Of a DNA stretch of 64,000 nt, positions 22,487 through 30,848 are shown piece after piece. Both the position numbers and the translations under genes were made by a program. The DNA is from Candidatus Dormiibacterota bacterium (GTDB lineage: Bacteria; Chloroflexota; Dormibacteria; Aeolococcales; Aeolococcaceae), in the NCBI GenBank assembly GCA_963718525.1, contig OY970355.1, forward strand, positions 3,136,001 to 3,200,000, written 5' to 3'. Each line of letters starts with the position of its first letter. Position 1 is the stretch's first letter. Under the pieces are notes generated by a model. It made no database searches. It was not told where the DNA came from and saw only the letters and a program-made list of their open reading frames with translations.

Positions 22487-23118
22487 GAGACGTCTCCGAT
22501 GCCGCGGTGGTTGAGGACGATATGCACGAGCTCCCAGAGCATGTGGTACGTCGCCAGGTGCAATTCGTGCGCGCTGCTCCGGTCGCTCCCGCGCACGTGG
22601 AAGACGTAATCGGCCTGTGCCGTACCGTCGCCGCTGTCAGCCGATGTGAGCGCGACGGTGAGCATGCCCTGCGCGGTGCCCGCCTCGAGCCCCCTCGTGA
22701 TCGATGGGTGCGCCGGCGCATGCGCGAACGCCAGCGCGATATCGCCGGATCGGCCGAGAATGCGCAATTGGTGCGCGTAGACTTCCACAGCCGCGTTCCC
22801 CTGCAGGATCCCGGTGACCGTCGCCATGTCGTTGGTCAGCGACAGCGCGGGCAGTGCACGGCATCCCGGCAGCACGGGATGGACGAACTCCACCGAATTG
22901 TGCTGCGCGTCCGTCGCGTGCGCTCCCGAACCGAACACCAGCAGGGTTCCGCCGGCGAAGAAGCGGTCTGCCATCGCCGCGGCACAACCCGCGATGTCCT
23001 GCGCGTAACGGTCGAAATACTCTTCGCCCGAACGATTCGACGCCGCGACGCGCTCTGCAAGAAACGCACGACCGGTGGCGAGCATCGCGTCGCGGTCGGG
23101 TCGTACCTGCACCGTCAT
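22483..23118 (-). CDS. GmhA-like SIS domain protein 2
   Basis: ATDAQHNSVEF, ALPALSLTND and ELHLATYH present; GNGGS, STSGNS and RIQE absent. Confidence 0.85.
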   Translation of the reverse strand: MTVQVRPDRDAMLATGRAFLAERVAASNRSGEEYFDRYAQDIAGCAAAMADRFFAGGTLLVFGSGAHATDAQHNSVEFVHPVLPGCRALPALSLTNDMATVTGILQGNAAVEVYAHQLRILGRSGDIALAFAHAPAHPSITRGLEAGTAQGMLTVALTSADSGDGTAQADYVFHVRGSDRSSAHELHLATYHMLWELVHIVLNHRGIGDVS

Positions 23119-23119
23119 G

Positions 23120-25483
23120 TCACCTCACCTCGCGGGTCTGTGATGCCGCGACCAGCGCCTGGCCGAGGCTGATGCCACCGTCGTTGGCCGGGACCTGTTG
23201 ATTGGTATAGACGAAACGATCCCGCTCGCGCAACAGGTGCTCCACTCGAGACAGGAGCAGGGCATTCTGAAAGACGCCACCACTCAATGCGATGCGGTTC
23301 ACGCCCCATGCCGCAGCGAGTCGCACGCAGACGGCTGCGATGCCGCGTGCCAGGCTTTCGTGGAACATCGCCGCGAGCTCCTCCACCGCCCTGCCGCGCT
23401 GCCGCTCGCGGAAAAGGGTCCGAACCAGCGCGACGGTGTCGAGCACGACCGGATCGCCGCCGTGTCCGAAGTCGACGACGTCGAACGACGACGGGTCACC
23501 CGCCGACGATGCCAGCGCCTCGAGGCGCATCGCAGCTTCGGCCTCGAAGGTCGACTGATGGGCAACCCCGATCAGGCTGGCGACGGCGTCGAACAGGCGG
23601 CCCGCGCTGGTGGTGATCGGGGCGGTCTGTGAGGTGGCAAGTCGTGACACGAGCCGCCACTGGCGCTCATCCGGCGCACCCGACGCGCCGCCGAACCAGC
23701 CGGGCGCTCTGTCTCCGAGCTCGCCGGCCGCCGCCAGGTACGCGATCGCCATGCGCCAGCCTTCGCGGGCACAGGCGTCACCGCCTGGCTGGCGAACCGC
23801 CGCGATATGCCCGACACGGCGGTACGTGCGCTCGTCGCACAGGAGAAACTCACCGCCCCAGATGGACTGATCGGGCCCGAACCCGACACCGTCGAAAGCA
23901 ACTCCAAGGACCGAGCCGCGCAGGCCGTGCTCGGCGAGCACGCTGGCAATGTGCGCGTGGTGATGCTGGACGCGGATGGCGCGAGCACCCGAGTCCCACC
24001 ACCGCTCAGCCAGGCGGCTGGACGCGTAGTCGGGATGCAGGTCGGCCGCGACGGTGGCGGGGTGTGCACGGAACAGTCGAAGGTACGTCCGCAGCGCCTC
24101 GTCCTGGTGCTCCAGCGTCCGCGGGCTGTCGAGATCACCGATATGAGGGCCGGTGAACGCGTTGCCGCCATGCAGAATGCAGAAGGTGTTCTTCAGGTGC
24201 GCGCCCAAGGCGAGGACCTGCCCGCCCGGCGACTCGAGAGGTACTGGAAGCGGGCAGTAGCCGCGAGCGCGCCGGATCATGTGCGTGGTTCCGTCGACAA
24301 CGCGCACGACGGAGTCGTCATAGCGCGCGTAGATGTCCCGGTCGTGCAGGAGGAAGTGGTCGGCAATGCCACCGAGCCGCCGCAATGCTTCGCCGTTGTC
24401 CTTGGCGATCGGCTCCTCGCTGACGTTGCCACTGGTCATGACCAGCATCCCGCCGGTGGCATGCAGCAGGAGGTGATGCAGCGGCGTGTACGGGAGCATG
24501 ACGCCAAGCTCATCCAGCCCCGGAGCCACCGGGCCGGCGACAGAGACCGCGTCACGATCGCGCCGGCGCCGGAGCAGGACGATCGGCCTCGCCGACCCCT
24601 CGAGGAGAGCACCCTCGACGCCACTGACGACGCACAGGCTCCGGGCCGCCGCAATATCCGGGCACATCACGGCAAACGGCTTCGCCGGCCGGTGCTTGCG
24701 GTCCCTCAGGCGCATGACCGTGGCACCGTCGCGTGCGTCGCAGCAAAGCTGGAAGCCGCCCAATCCCTTCAGCGCGATGATCTCGCCGCGGGCAATCGCC
24801 GCCCCCGCGAGCTCGATCGCGTCCCCGGTAACCTCGGTCCCGCACGAGTCCGTGCACCAGAGGCGTGGGCCGCAGACGGGGCATGCGTTCGGCTGGGCAT
24901 GAAAGCGTCGATCCGCGGGGTCCTCGTATTCGCGCCTGCATGCGTCGCACATCGCGAAGTGGCGCATGGTCGTCAGCGGACGGTCGTACGGGATGTCCTC
25001 GATGATCGTGAAGCGGGGACCGCAATTGGTGCAGTTGGTGAACGGGTAGCCATGGCGTCGATTGCCGGCGTCCAGGATGTCGGCGTGGCACTCGGAGCAT
25101 GTCGCGGCATCGGGTGCAAGCGGCTGATAGTCGCCGTCGATCGCACGGCTCTCCACGATGCGGAACCCCTCATCTCCGACCGCTTCGAGCTTGGTCGCCT
25201 CGACGGCATCGATCCGAGCGAGGCGTGGCGCATCCTCGCGCAACGCGACGGCAAAGCACTCGAGCGCGCGCCGATCACCCTCGACCTCGATGATCACGGC
25301 GCCCGACGTGTTGCAGACCGAGCCGCTGAGCTCGAGACGGGTCGCGAGGTTCCAGACGAACGGACGGAAGCCCACCCCTTGAACCACACCATGCACGGCG
25401 AACCCCAGCCGCTCACGCGCGCAACCAGCGGATGCACCCGCATCCGCTGCGTGGGCCGTGGTGGGCTGGGTCGCGACGCTCAT
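23120..25483 (-). CDS. hypF: Hydrogenase maturation carbamoyltransferase
   Basis: GVVQGVGFRP acylphosphatase, CxxC zinc fingers, QHHHAH, FDGVG, PANDGGISLGQ. Confidence 0.98.
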   Translation of the reverse strand: MSVATQPTTAHAADAGASAGCARERLGFAVHGVVQGVGFRPFVWNLATRLELSGSVCNTSGAVIIEVEGDRRALECFAVALREDAPRLARIDAVEATKLEAVGDEGFRIVESRAIDGDYQPLAPDAATCSECHADILDAGNRRHGYPFTNCTNCGPRFTIIEDIPYDRPLTTMRHFAMCDACRREYEDPADRRFHAQPNACPVCGPRLWCTDSCGTEVTGDAIELAGAAIARGEIIALKGLGGFQLCCDARDGATVMRLRDRKHRPAKPFAVMCPDIAAARSLCVVSGVEGALLEGSARPIVLLRRRRDRDAVSVAGPVAPGLDELGVMLPYTPLHHLLLHATGGMLVMTSGNVSEEPIAKDNGEALRRLGGIADHFLLHDRDIYARYDDSVVRVVDGTTHMIRRARGYCPLPVPLESPGGQVLALGAHLKNTFCILHGGNAFTGPHIGDLDSPRTLEHQDEALRTYLRLFRAHPATVAADLHPDYASSRLAERWWDSGARAIRVQHHHAHIASVLAEHGLRGSVLGVAFDGVGFGPDQSIWGGEFLLCDERTYRRVGHIAAVRQPGGDACAREGWRMAIAYLAAAGELGDRAPGWFGGASGAPDERQWRLVSRLATSQTAPITTSAGRLFDAVASLIGVAHQSTFEAEAAMRLEALASSAGDPSSFDVVDFGHGGDPVVLDTVALVRTLFRERQRGRAVEELAAMFHESLARGIAAVCVRLAAAWGVNRIALSGGVFQNALLLSRVEHLLRERDRFVYTNQQVPANDGGISLGQALVAASQTREVR

Positions 25484-25487
25484 CGCC

Positions 25488-25682
25488 TCACGCTGCGCGC
25501 AGATGATCCGCCGTCGAGCTGAAGCGCTCCTCGAGGAAGCCGGTCGCCAGGCTCACCGCCATCTGCACCTCGTCACGTGCCGCGAACTTCTTCGCCGCCT
25601 CGACCAGTTCATCGAAACGCTCCTTGCCCGCGCGAGTTCCGAGCACGTATCCGATCCCGAAGATCACAAGTTTCTCAAGCAT
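25488..25682 (-). CDS. Small membrane-anchored protein (YtxH-like GYVLG.RAG motif)
   Basis: MLEKLVIFGIGYVLGTRAGKERFDEL...; 64 aa, lies in the operon between yceI and hypF. Confidence 0.75.
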   Translation of the reverse strand: MLEKLVIFGIGYVLGTRAGKERFDELVEAAKKFAARDEVQMAVSLATGFLEERFSSTADHLRAA

Positions 25683-25710
25683 GCCATTCCACTCCAAAAT
25701 GCCCTAAATG

Positions 25711-26223
25711 CTATGACTTCCCTACGGCCACGACGTGGACCTGCAGGTCAACCTCCGGTTCCACCTTCAGGATGATCAGACGCGGCGGGTCGATCCCAAA
25801 GTCCTTGACGTTGATCACCTGCTGCCCATCGATGGTCAAGGTGTTTCCGCTTGCCGTCAGTGTCACGTCCCCGGTGATGTCCTTGGTAATGCCGTGCAGG
25901 GTGAGCCGCGCCGTCACACGATACCGGCCGTCACCGTCGAGCGCCTCACCGTGGGTGACCACCGCGCTGATCGACGGGTATCGCGACGTGTCGAAGCGGC
26001 GCCGCATCTCCCGGTCCTGGAGACCGTTTCCCGACTTGATCGCCTCCACCGGCAACGTCAACTCCGCGCGGTACGGCTGATCGAGACGCGGCTTTCCCTG
26101 TTCGTCAAGCTCGCACTCGATGAACCCGGTGAGCGCGTTCGCAGTGATGTGCGACGGATGGAGGTTGACTCGGAGGCCGACCTGGACCGTCGTTTGAGCT
26201 GTGTCGACTTCAAATCGAGCCAC
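25711..26223 (-). CDS. YceI-like polyisoprenoid-binding protein, no signal peptide
   Basis: IKSGNGLQD..M....FDTSRYP, LTLHGITK and DFGI..P YceI motifs; N-terminus starts directly with a beta-strand. Confidence 0.88.
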   Translation of the reverse strand: MARFEVDTAQTTVQVGLRVNLHPSHITANALTGFIECELDEQGKPRLDQPYRAELTLPVEAIKSGNGLQDREMRRRFDTSRYPSISAVVTHGEALDGDGRYRVTARLTLHGITKDITGDVTLTASGNTLTIDGQQVINVKDFGIDPPRLIILKVEPEVDLQVHVVAVGKS

Positions 26224-26241
26224 AACGCGACCTCGTGCTTT

Positions 26242-26373
26242 CTACATCGACCGGATCTTGAGATACCGTTGAATGTCCTTCGAGTTGAGCACGGCACCGA
26301 CGAAGGCACCGAGGATCAACCACTGCGCAATCGTGCGCAGCGCACTCTTCTGACCGCCGAGCATGAGCCCCAT
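26242..26373 (-). CDS. 43-aa single-TM microprotein (DUF6893-like)
   Basis: Below the ORF-track cutoff; translated by hand as MGLMLGGQKSALRTIAQWLILGAFVGAVLNSKDIQRYLKIRSM. GGAGGA RBS; ATG directly follows the hypA TAG. Confidence 0.85.
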   Translation of the reverse strand: MGLMLGGQKSALRTIAQWLILGAFVGAVLNSKDIQRYLKIRSM

Positions 26374-26736
26374 CTAGATTCCTCCAGGTATGCGCGCTGA
26401 TGTGACCGGCGCCGTACTGGCGCCGTTGTGGCCGGCGTGTTCATGAGCGTGCGGTGGCTCGACCACCGGTGCCCCGGGGCGGCGAAGGATCGTGGGCGGA
26501 TCCCCGTCGAGCTCGACCTCATCGACGAGGACCTCGATCCCCGGGACGGCGACGCATCGCAGCGACGCACCTTCGCAGACCGTGCCTTCGGCGAGGAGCT
26601 GAAAGCCGAACTCGAGACTGTCGGGGACGATGCGCTGCTCGTCGCCGATTCGCACGACGATGCGAGTCACCGGTCGATCCCCCGCCATGTCGATTGCGAC
26701 GGTCATGATGCCTTCCGCGAGGCCGAGCTCGTGCAT
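26374..26736 (-). CDS. hypA: HypA-like nickel chaperone lacking the zinc-binding domain
   Basis: MHELGLAEGI Ni motif, IVPDSLEFGF, GTVCEGA; no CxxC pairs; His-rich tail HAHEHAGH; TGATG coupling to the protease gene. Confidence 0.85.
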   Translation of the reverse strand: MHELGLAEGIMTVAIDMAGDRPVTRIVVRIGDEQRIVPDSLEFGFQLLAEGTVCEGASLRCVAVPGIEVLVDEVELDGDPPTILRRPGAPVVEPPHAHEHAGHNGASTAPVTSARIPGGI

Positions 26737-27254
26737 CAGGATGCACTCGTGGCGGGAGCCAGGCGCGCAAGCAGCTGCTCGACAATCGCGACAGCCTCGG
26801 GCACCGCGCCGGCGACCGGCTCGCTGAGTCCCATGCACCCTTCGTTCTCCGGTCCAAAGGTGAGCGGTTCGCAACCGACGACCGTGACGTTGCGCGGACG
26901 TCCGCCAAGCGCGCGCACCAGGGCGAACACCGAGTCCGGTGTCATCGCGTGCCCCTGGAACGACCCGTCGGCGTGATCCGGCGACGACGGCGTCTCGTCG
27001 CCGTCGAGATCCGGCTGCAGGACGTAGACGGTGCCGGGGCGTTCGCCACGGGGCATGGCGTCCACAAGGATGGTGGCGGCCGGCTCATCCAGCAGAGCAA
27101 ATGCGAGGTCGAACCCGCGAATGCCGTAATCGGCGACGCGAACGCTCTCCGCATGCTGCCGAGACGCGAGCTGCTGCGCCACCTCGACACCGAAGCCATC
27201 GTCACCAAGGAAGATGTTGCCGATTCCCGCAACCAGGATCGTGCCCTCGCTCAT
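26736..27254 (-). CDS. Hydrogenase maturation endopeptidase (HupD/HybD family)
   Basis: LVAGIGNIFLGDDGFG, DYGIRG, GHAMTP, VVGCEP. Confidence 0.93.
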   Translation of the reverse strand: MSEGTILVAGIGNIFLGDDGFGVEVAQQLASRQHAESVRVADYGIRGFDLAFALLDEPAATILVDAMPRGERPGTVYVLQPDLDGDETPSSPDHADGSFQGHAMTPDSVFALVRALGGRPRNVTVVGCEPLTFGPENEGCMGLSEPVAGAVPEAVAIVEQLLARLAPATSAS

Positions 27255-27574
27255 CGCTCCTCCTCCGCGGGTGGGAGCCGCTCGAGGTCGTCGAGCCCGA
27301 AGAAGAAGCGGTGTCCCGGCTGTCGGAGCGCCCCGAGATCCTTGCCAGGGTCGTCGTCGACGAGCAACGCAACGTGGATGACATCCTCGTAGTCGCGTTC
27401 GATCGACTCGACGACGGCGGTGCGCCCGTGCAGCGCGATGTCCATGATGTCGGCGCGACGGCGCGGGCTGATCCGCACGCGGTCGCCGCGATGCAGACGC
27501 CCATCGCCCCAGCGGACCGATTCGGTGACCGAGCCCGCTTCCGGGTCCCATGCGCCGAAGTCGAAGCCGTTCAC
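27251..27574 (-). CDS. Conserved group 1h hydrogenase-associated protein (HhaC C-terminal-like)
   Basis: GDRVRISPRRRADIMD...DDDPG.DLG...PGHRFFF; overlaps both neighbours by 4 bp. Confidence 0.75.
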   Translation of the reverse strand: MNGFDFGAWDPEAGSVTESVRWGDGRLHRGDRVRISPRRRADIMDIALHGRTAVVESIERDYEDVIHVALLVDDDPGKDLGALRQPGHRFFFGLDDLERLPPAEEER

Positions 27575-28635
27575 CTGCGGTCTCCTATGACAGGCTTGAT
27601 TTCGCGAATGGTGCCGTGCAACCGCATCATGTCGTCGCCGGTGAGTGCTTCGGTGCGATCCAGGAGGGCCCGCGCACGTCCGTCGGCAGCGCGCATCTCT
27701 GCCTTCTCGTCATCGGTCAGGGCCAGGATTCGCAGGCTCAAGATCTCGTCGATCTCGGTGGCATCGAAGAGATCGCCCGAGGATTCCGGTGCGACCTGGG
27801 GATGGTCTTCAAGGATGATCGGTGAGGCGAGGATCGTGTCCGAGTCCGCCGGGTCCCCAACCAGCACCGGCCAGAGCCCGAGGTTCCGGCACGCCGCGGC
27901 GGCATCGACAGCATCCGCCGGCGGGTCGGCGAGTGAGAGCCATTCACCCTCCTCCGCGATGAGGATGGCATGCGTCGAGACCAGGGAGGAACGCAGCGCG
28001 CGTTCACGGTCATGAGTGCCATCCACCCTGAACGCACTCGCGTTGCGCACCACGACGCTCACCCGGACAAGATCGTTTCCGGCCGGTTCTGCAGTCACCG
28101 TCACCTCGGCCGCCAATGGCTGACGCTCACGCTGCAGGACGCCCGCGACGAGGCCGCCTGCATCGAGGAGCGGTTCCACCTCTTCGTGCGCGGGCCAGAT
28201 GTGATCGCTGACCACCTCGCGCTCGAGGAGCGACGGCAGGGCATGGGTGCCGCAGTCGATCGAAATCTCCGTCGCCTCTTCCCACCCACGGTGGTTGACG
28301 CCGGCGACGCGCAGCTCGGCCACTTCCTCGAGCCGCCCAACTGCTTCCGCGTCGAGCGTGTCGCCCGGAGGGTCGAGCTTCGCGACGGTTCTGGTCACCA
28401 GCTGCAGAAACCGGACGCGCACGGTGACCCGTGTGGCATCGGAGCCGCGCAACAGACACTGCGTCTGGGCAGTCCACGGATCGGTGCCACCCGATGCTTC
28501 GCTCCAGGCGCGCGGATGCACCCCGCCGAACGTCCAGCGCACCCGATTCTTCACCGACGATGGCCTGTACGGGTACAGGATGTACCCCTCATAGAGCGTG
28601 GCCGCGACGAGGCGGTCGAGCGTGCTCTGGCTCAC
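27571..28635 (-). CDS. Group 1h hydrogenase-associated protein (HhaC-like)
   Basis: LYEGYILYPYRPSS.KN..RWTFG and SPIILEDHPQVAPES.GDLFDATEIDEILSLR motifs. Confidence 0.8.
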   Translation of the reverse strand: MSQSTLDRLVAATLYEGYILYPYRPSSVKNRVRWTFGGVHPRAWSEASGGTDPWTAQTQCLLRGSDATRVTVRVRFLQLVTRTVAKLDPPGDTLDAEAVGRLEEVAELRVAGVNHRGWEEATEISIDCGTHALPSLLEREVVSDHIWPAHEEVEPLLDAGGLVAGVLQRERQPLAAEVTVTAEPAGNDLVRVSVVVRNASAFRVDGTHDRERALRSSLVSTHAILIAEEGEWLSLADPPADAVDAAAACRNLGLWPVLVGDPADSDTILASPIILEDHPQVAPESSGDLFDATEIDEILSLRILALTDDEKAEMRAADGRARALLDRTEALTGDDMMRLHGTIREIKPVIGDRR

Positions 28636-28637
28636 TC

Positions 28638-29294
28638 CTATGCGCTCCCCATCGGGGCAGAGCCGTCGGTGCCGGCAAGGAGGCGGGCCAGCGCCTCGTC
28701 CCAACCGGGCACTCCCGAGTGCGCCTTGTAGCGGTTGAGGCGATCGACGGTGTCACGGCGCAGGCAGAGCCACGCACTATCCGGGTCGTGCTCCTGCATT
28801 AGTGCGCGCCACGTGGATACGGGGAGCCGGAACGCCGCCTCCTTCGACCACGGAATCGGCGCAACCTGCAGGCTTCCATCCTCGTCGCGCCAGAAGATCG
28901 TCCCGCTGAACTGGAACATCAGGGGAACATCGCCCTCTTCGAGCGCGAAGAAGTACTTGCCGGCGGTGATGGTGAGATCGTGGGTGCACGGGACCGGGAC
29001 GATGGTTTCCGTCGACCCCACAAAGCCGACGACATCAGTGCTCGCGTGTGTCCAGAGCATCGTCTTCAGCGTCGTGCCCCAGCGCGAAGGCTGCCCAAAG
29101 AGATCGAGCAACGCCTCCTGCTCGCCGGGCGCGTACGTCCGTCGCGTCGCCTGGACCATGATCTGGCAGCGAAGGGATATCGAATCGATGCGGTGACCGC
29201 TGCGCTCGTGGATCCGCACCCGGAAGTTCAGTATGGGAATCAGCGTGTCCGGCTCGGCCCCCGCCGAGACGACCTCGAGGTCCAGATCAGGCAT
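28638..29294 (-). CDS. Group 1h hydrogenase-associated protein (HhaB/DUF6084-like)
   Basis: LRCQI....RR.Y, DLFG.PSRWG.TL..MLWTH, FQFSGTIF, IPWSKEA. Confidence 0.8.
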   Translation of the reverse strand: MPDLDLEVVSAGAEPDTLIPILNFRVRIHERSGHRIDSISLRCQIMVQATRRTYAPGEQEALLDLFGQPSRWGTTLKTMLWTHASTDVVGFVGSTETIVPVPCTHDLTITAGKYFFALEEGDVPLMFQFSGTIFWRDEDGSLQVAPIPWSKEAAFRLPVSTWRALMQEHDPDSAWLCLRRDTVDRLNRYKAHSGVPGWDEALARLLAGTDGSAPMGSA

Positions 29295-29916
29295 GGGTGC
29301 GGGCCATTTCCCTGGCTCCGCTGCGCAGTTCGCTGAAGAAGGTGTTGATGCGGTCCCAGACTTCCTGGCCACCGCTCAAACCTCGCCAGCTGATGCGGAT
29401 GAGTCCCACCAGCTCGAAGCATCGATCGATCGGCGCGATGTAGTGGTCGCGAGCCCCGCTGACGCGGTTGATCAGGAGCGCCTCGACGTCGGGTTCGAGG
29501 CTGCTCAGCACCGGGTTGTCAGCGACCAGCTCGTCCCACCCCTCGAGGCTGAGCATCGACTCCGTGGCCCCCGCGGGGCTCGGATAGAAAGCACGGACCC
29601 CCTCGATACTCGTGCTGGTGTGCAGGAATGCCATGTTCACCGGAATCGACAGCGACTCCCACTGCATGTCATTCATCGCGAAGTCGGTCAGGTACAGCAG
29701 CCGCCTCGAGACGCGACGGTAGCGCTTCTCCGCGTCGGACGGGAACAGCATCGCACAGGGCGTGCAGCTGCAGTGGATCTGCCGCGTCGACGGCTCGAAG
29801 AGATGCTCGTGATGTGGGTGGGGCGAGAGCTCGGCGCTGCAGAGCTCGCAGCGTTCCGCGGGGACGCGCTCGCGGATGAGGCTGCGCAGGCCGGGCAGCC
29901 GAGCGGCCGTGCTCAT
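29287..29916 (-). CDS. Group 1h hydrogenase-associated protein (HhaA/DUF5947-like)
   Basis: ERCELC, H.HL, CSCTPC, FYPSPAGATES, PIDRCFELVG, WRGLSGG. Confidence 0.82.
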   Translation of the reverse strand: MSTAARLPGLRSLIRERVPAERCELCSAELSPHPHHEHLFEPSTRQIHCSCTPCAMLFPSDAEKRYRRVSRRLLYLTDFAMNDMQWESLSIPVNMAFLHTSTSIEGVRAFYPSPAGATESMLSLEGWDELVADNPVLSSLEPDVEALLINRVSGARDHYIAPIDRCFELVGLIRISWRGLSGGQEVWDRINTFFSELRSGAREMARTHA

Positions 29917-30848
29917 GCGAGTCGCGCTGGGATCGCGATGCGCAGGATGCCCGACTCCTCGAGGAGTGGACGCGGCTCCATGCGGAAATCGGAACCGATG
30001 CCGGCACCGGCGCGCCGGATGTCGTACCGCGAGCCACAGCCGTCGCACACGAGCGCGGCTCCGTCGAGCACGGCATGCTCCATCGCCCCTTCGCACGCCG
30101 GGCAGTTGGCCACATACGCGTAGAACACGTTGCCCGTCCGCGCGATCAGAACCGCATCGCCGTCGGCCCTGGTCTTCAAGACGCTGCCGTTGTCGATATG
30201 TGTGCCACGAGCCGCGAGCGTGATCCACTCACCGGAGGGCGCGACAGCCGGACGCATGACCGGGGTGGGAGGCGCAGACGCGACGACGGGGAGGGCCACG
30301 AGACCGGCGATCTGCGGGGGTCCGGGTGCCGGAGTCTCGTCGGGCTGGACGACCTCGATTGCGGCGACATCGGGAGCCGCCTCGTAGATCGCCTTCTCGA
30401 CGGCGAGCTTGAGCGTGACCATCGACGACGGGCACCCCTGGCAGTGGCCCTCCAGCCGAATCTGCACGGTGTCGCCCGCGACACCGATCAGTTCGACACC
30501 GCCTCCGTGGGAACGCATATACGGTCGCACCGACTCGAGCGCGCTCTCGACGCGGCTTCGGAGATCCGTCGGGTGCAGACCGTGGAGCAGCAGGACGCCG
30601 CGGATGATGTCGTCGGCCGCCATTCGCTCGAGCAAGCGATCGGTCGCGGGCGCACCCCGAGGGCCGAGGGCGTCGAGCATCCGCGACAGCGCCTCGCCGT
30701 AAAGATCGAGCACGGTGGAGAGCAGCTCCTCGACCAGCGCGCGCAACGCAGGGTCGGGGAGCTGCTGCAGCTCCCCGACCAGCGTGTCGACATGGGCGAG
30801 ACGTTTCTGGAGCTCGCGCTCCTCAACAATACGAGCTGGCGCTGCCAT
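29913..30848 (-). CDS. NifU-domain / Rieske-like Fe-S protein (HhyE-like)
   Basis: LLLHGLHP, VRPYMRSHGGGV, GHCQGCPSS (NifU-C), then CPAC...CDGC Rieske-like domain. Confidence 0.88.
   Translation of the reverse strand: MAAPARIVEERELQKRLAHVDTLVGELQQLPDPALRALVEELLSTVLDLYGEALSRMLDALGPRGAPATDRLLERMAADDIIRGVLLLHGLHPTDLRSRVESALESVRPYMRSHGGGVELIGVAGDTVQIRLEGHCQGCPSSMVTLKLAVEKAIYEAAPDVAAIEVVQPDETPAPGPPQIAGLVALPVVASAPPTPVMRPAVAPSGEWITLAARGTHIDNGSVLKTRADGDAVLIARTGNVFYAYVANCPACEGAMEHAVLDGAALVCDGCGSRYDIRRAGAGIGSDFRMEPRPLLEESGILRIAIPARLA

Noticed and set aside
21585-23118. gmhA as part of an LPS or heptose biosynthesis locus
   Set aside because: No hldE, gmhB or glycosyltransferase genes; both copies are degenerate and embedded in the hyp operon.
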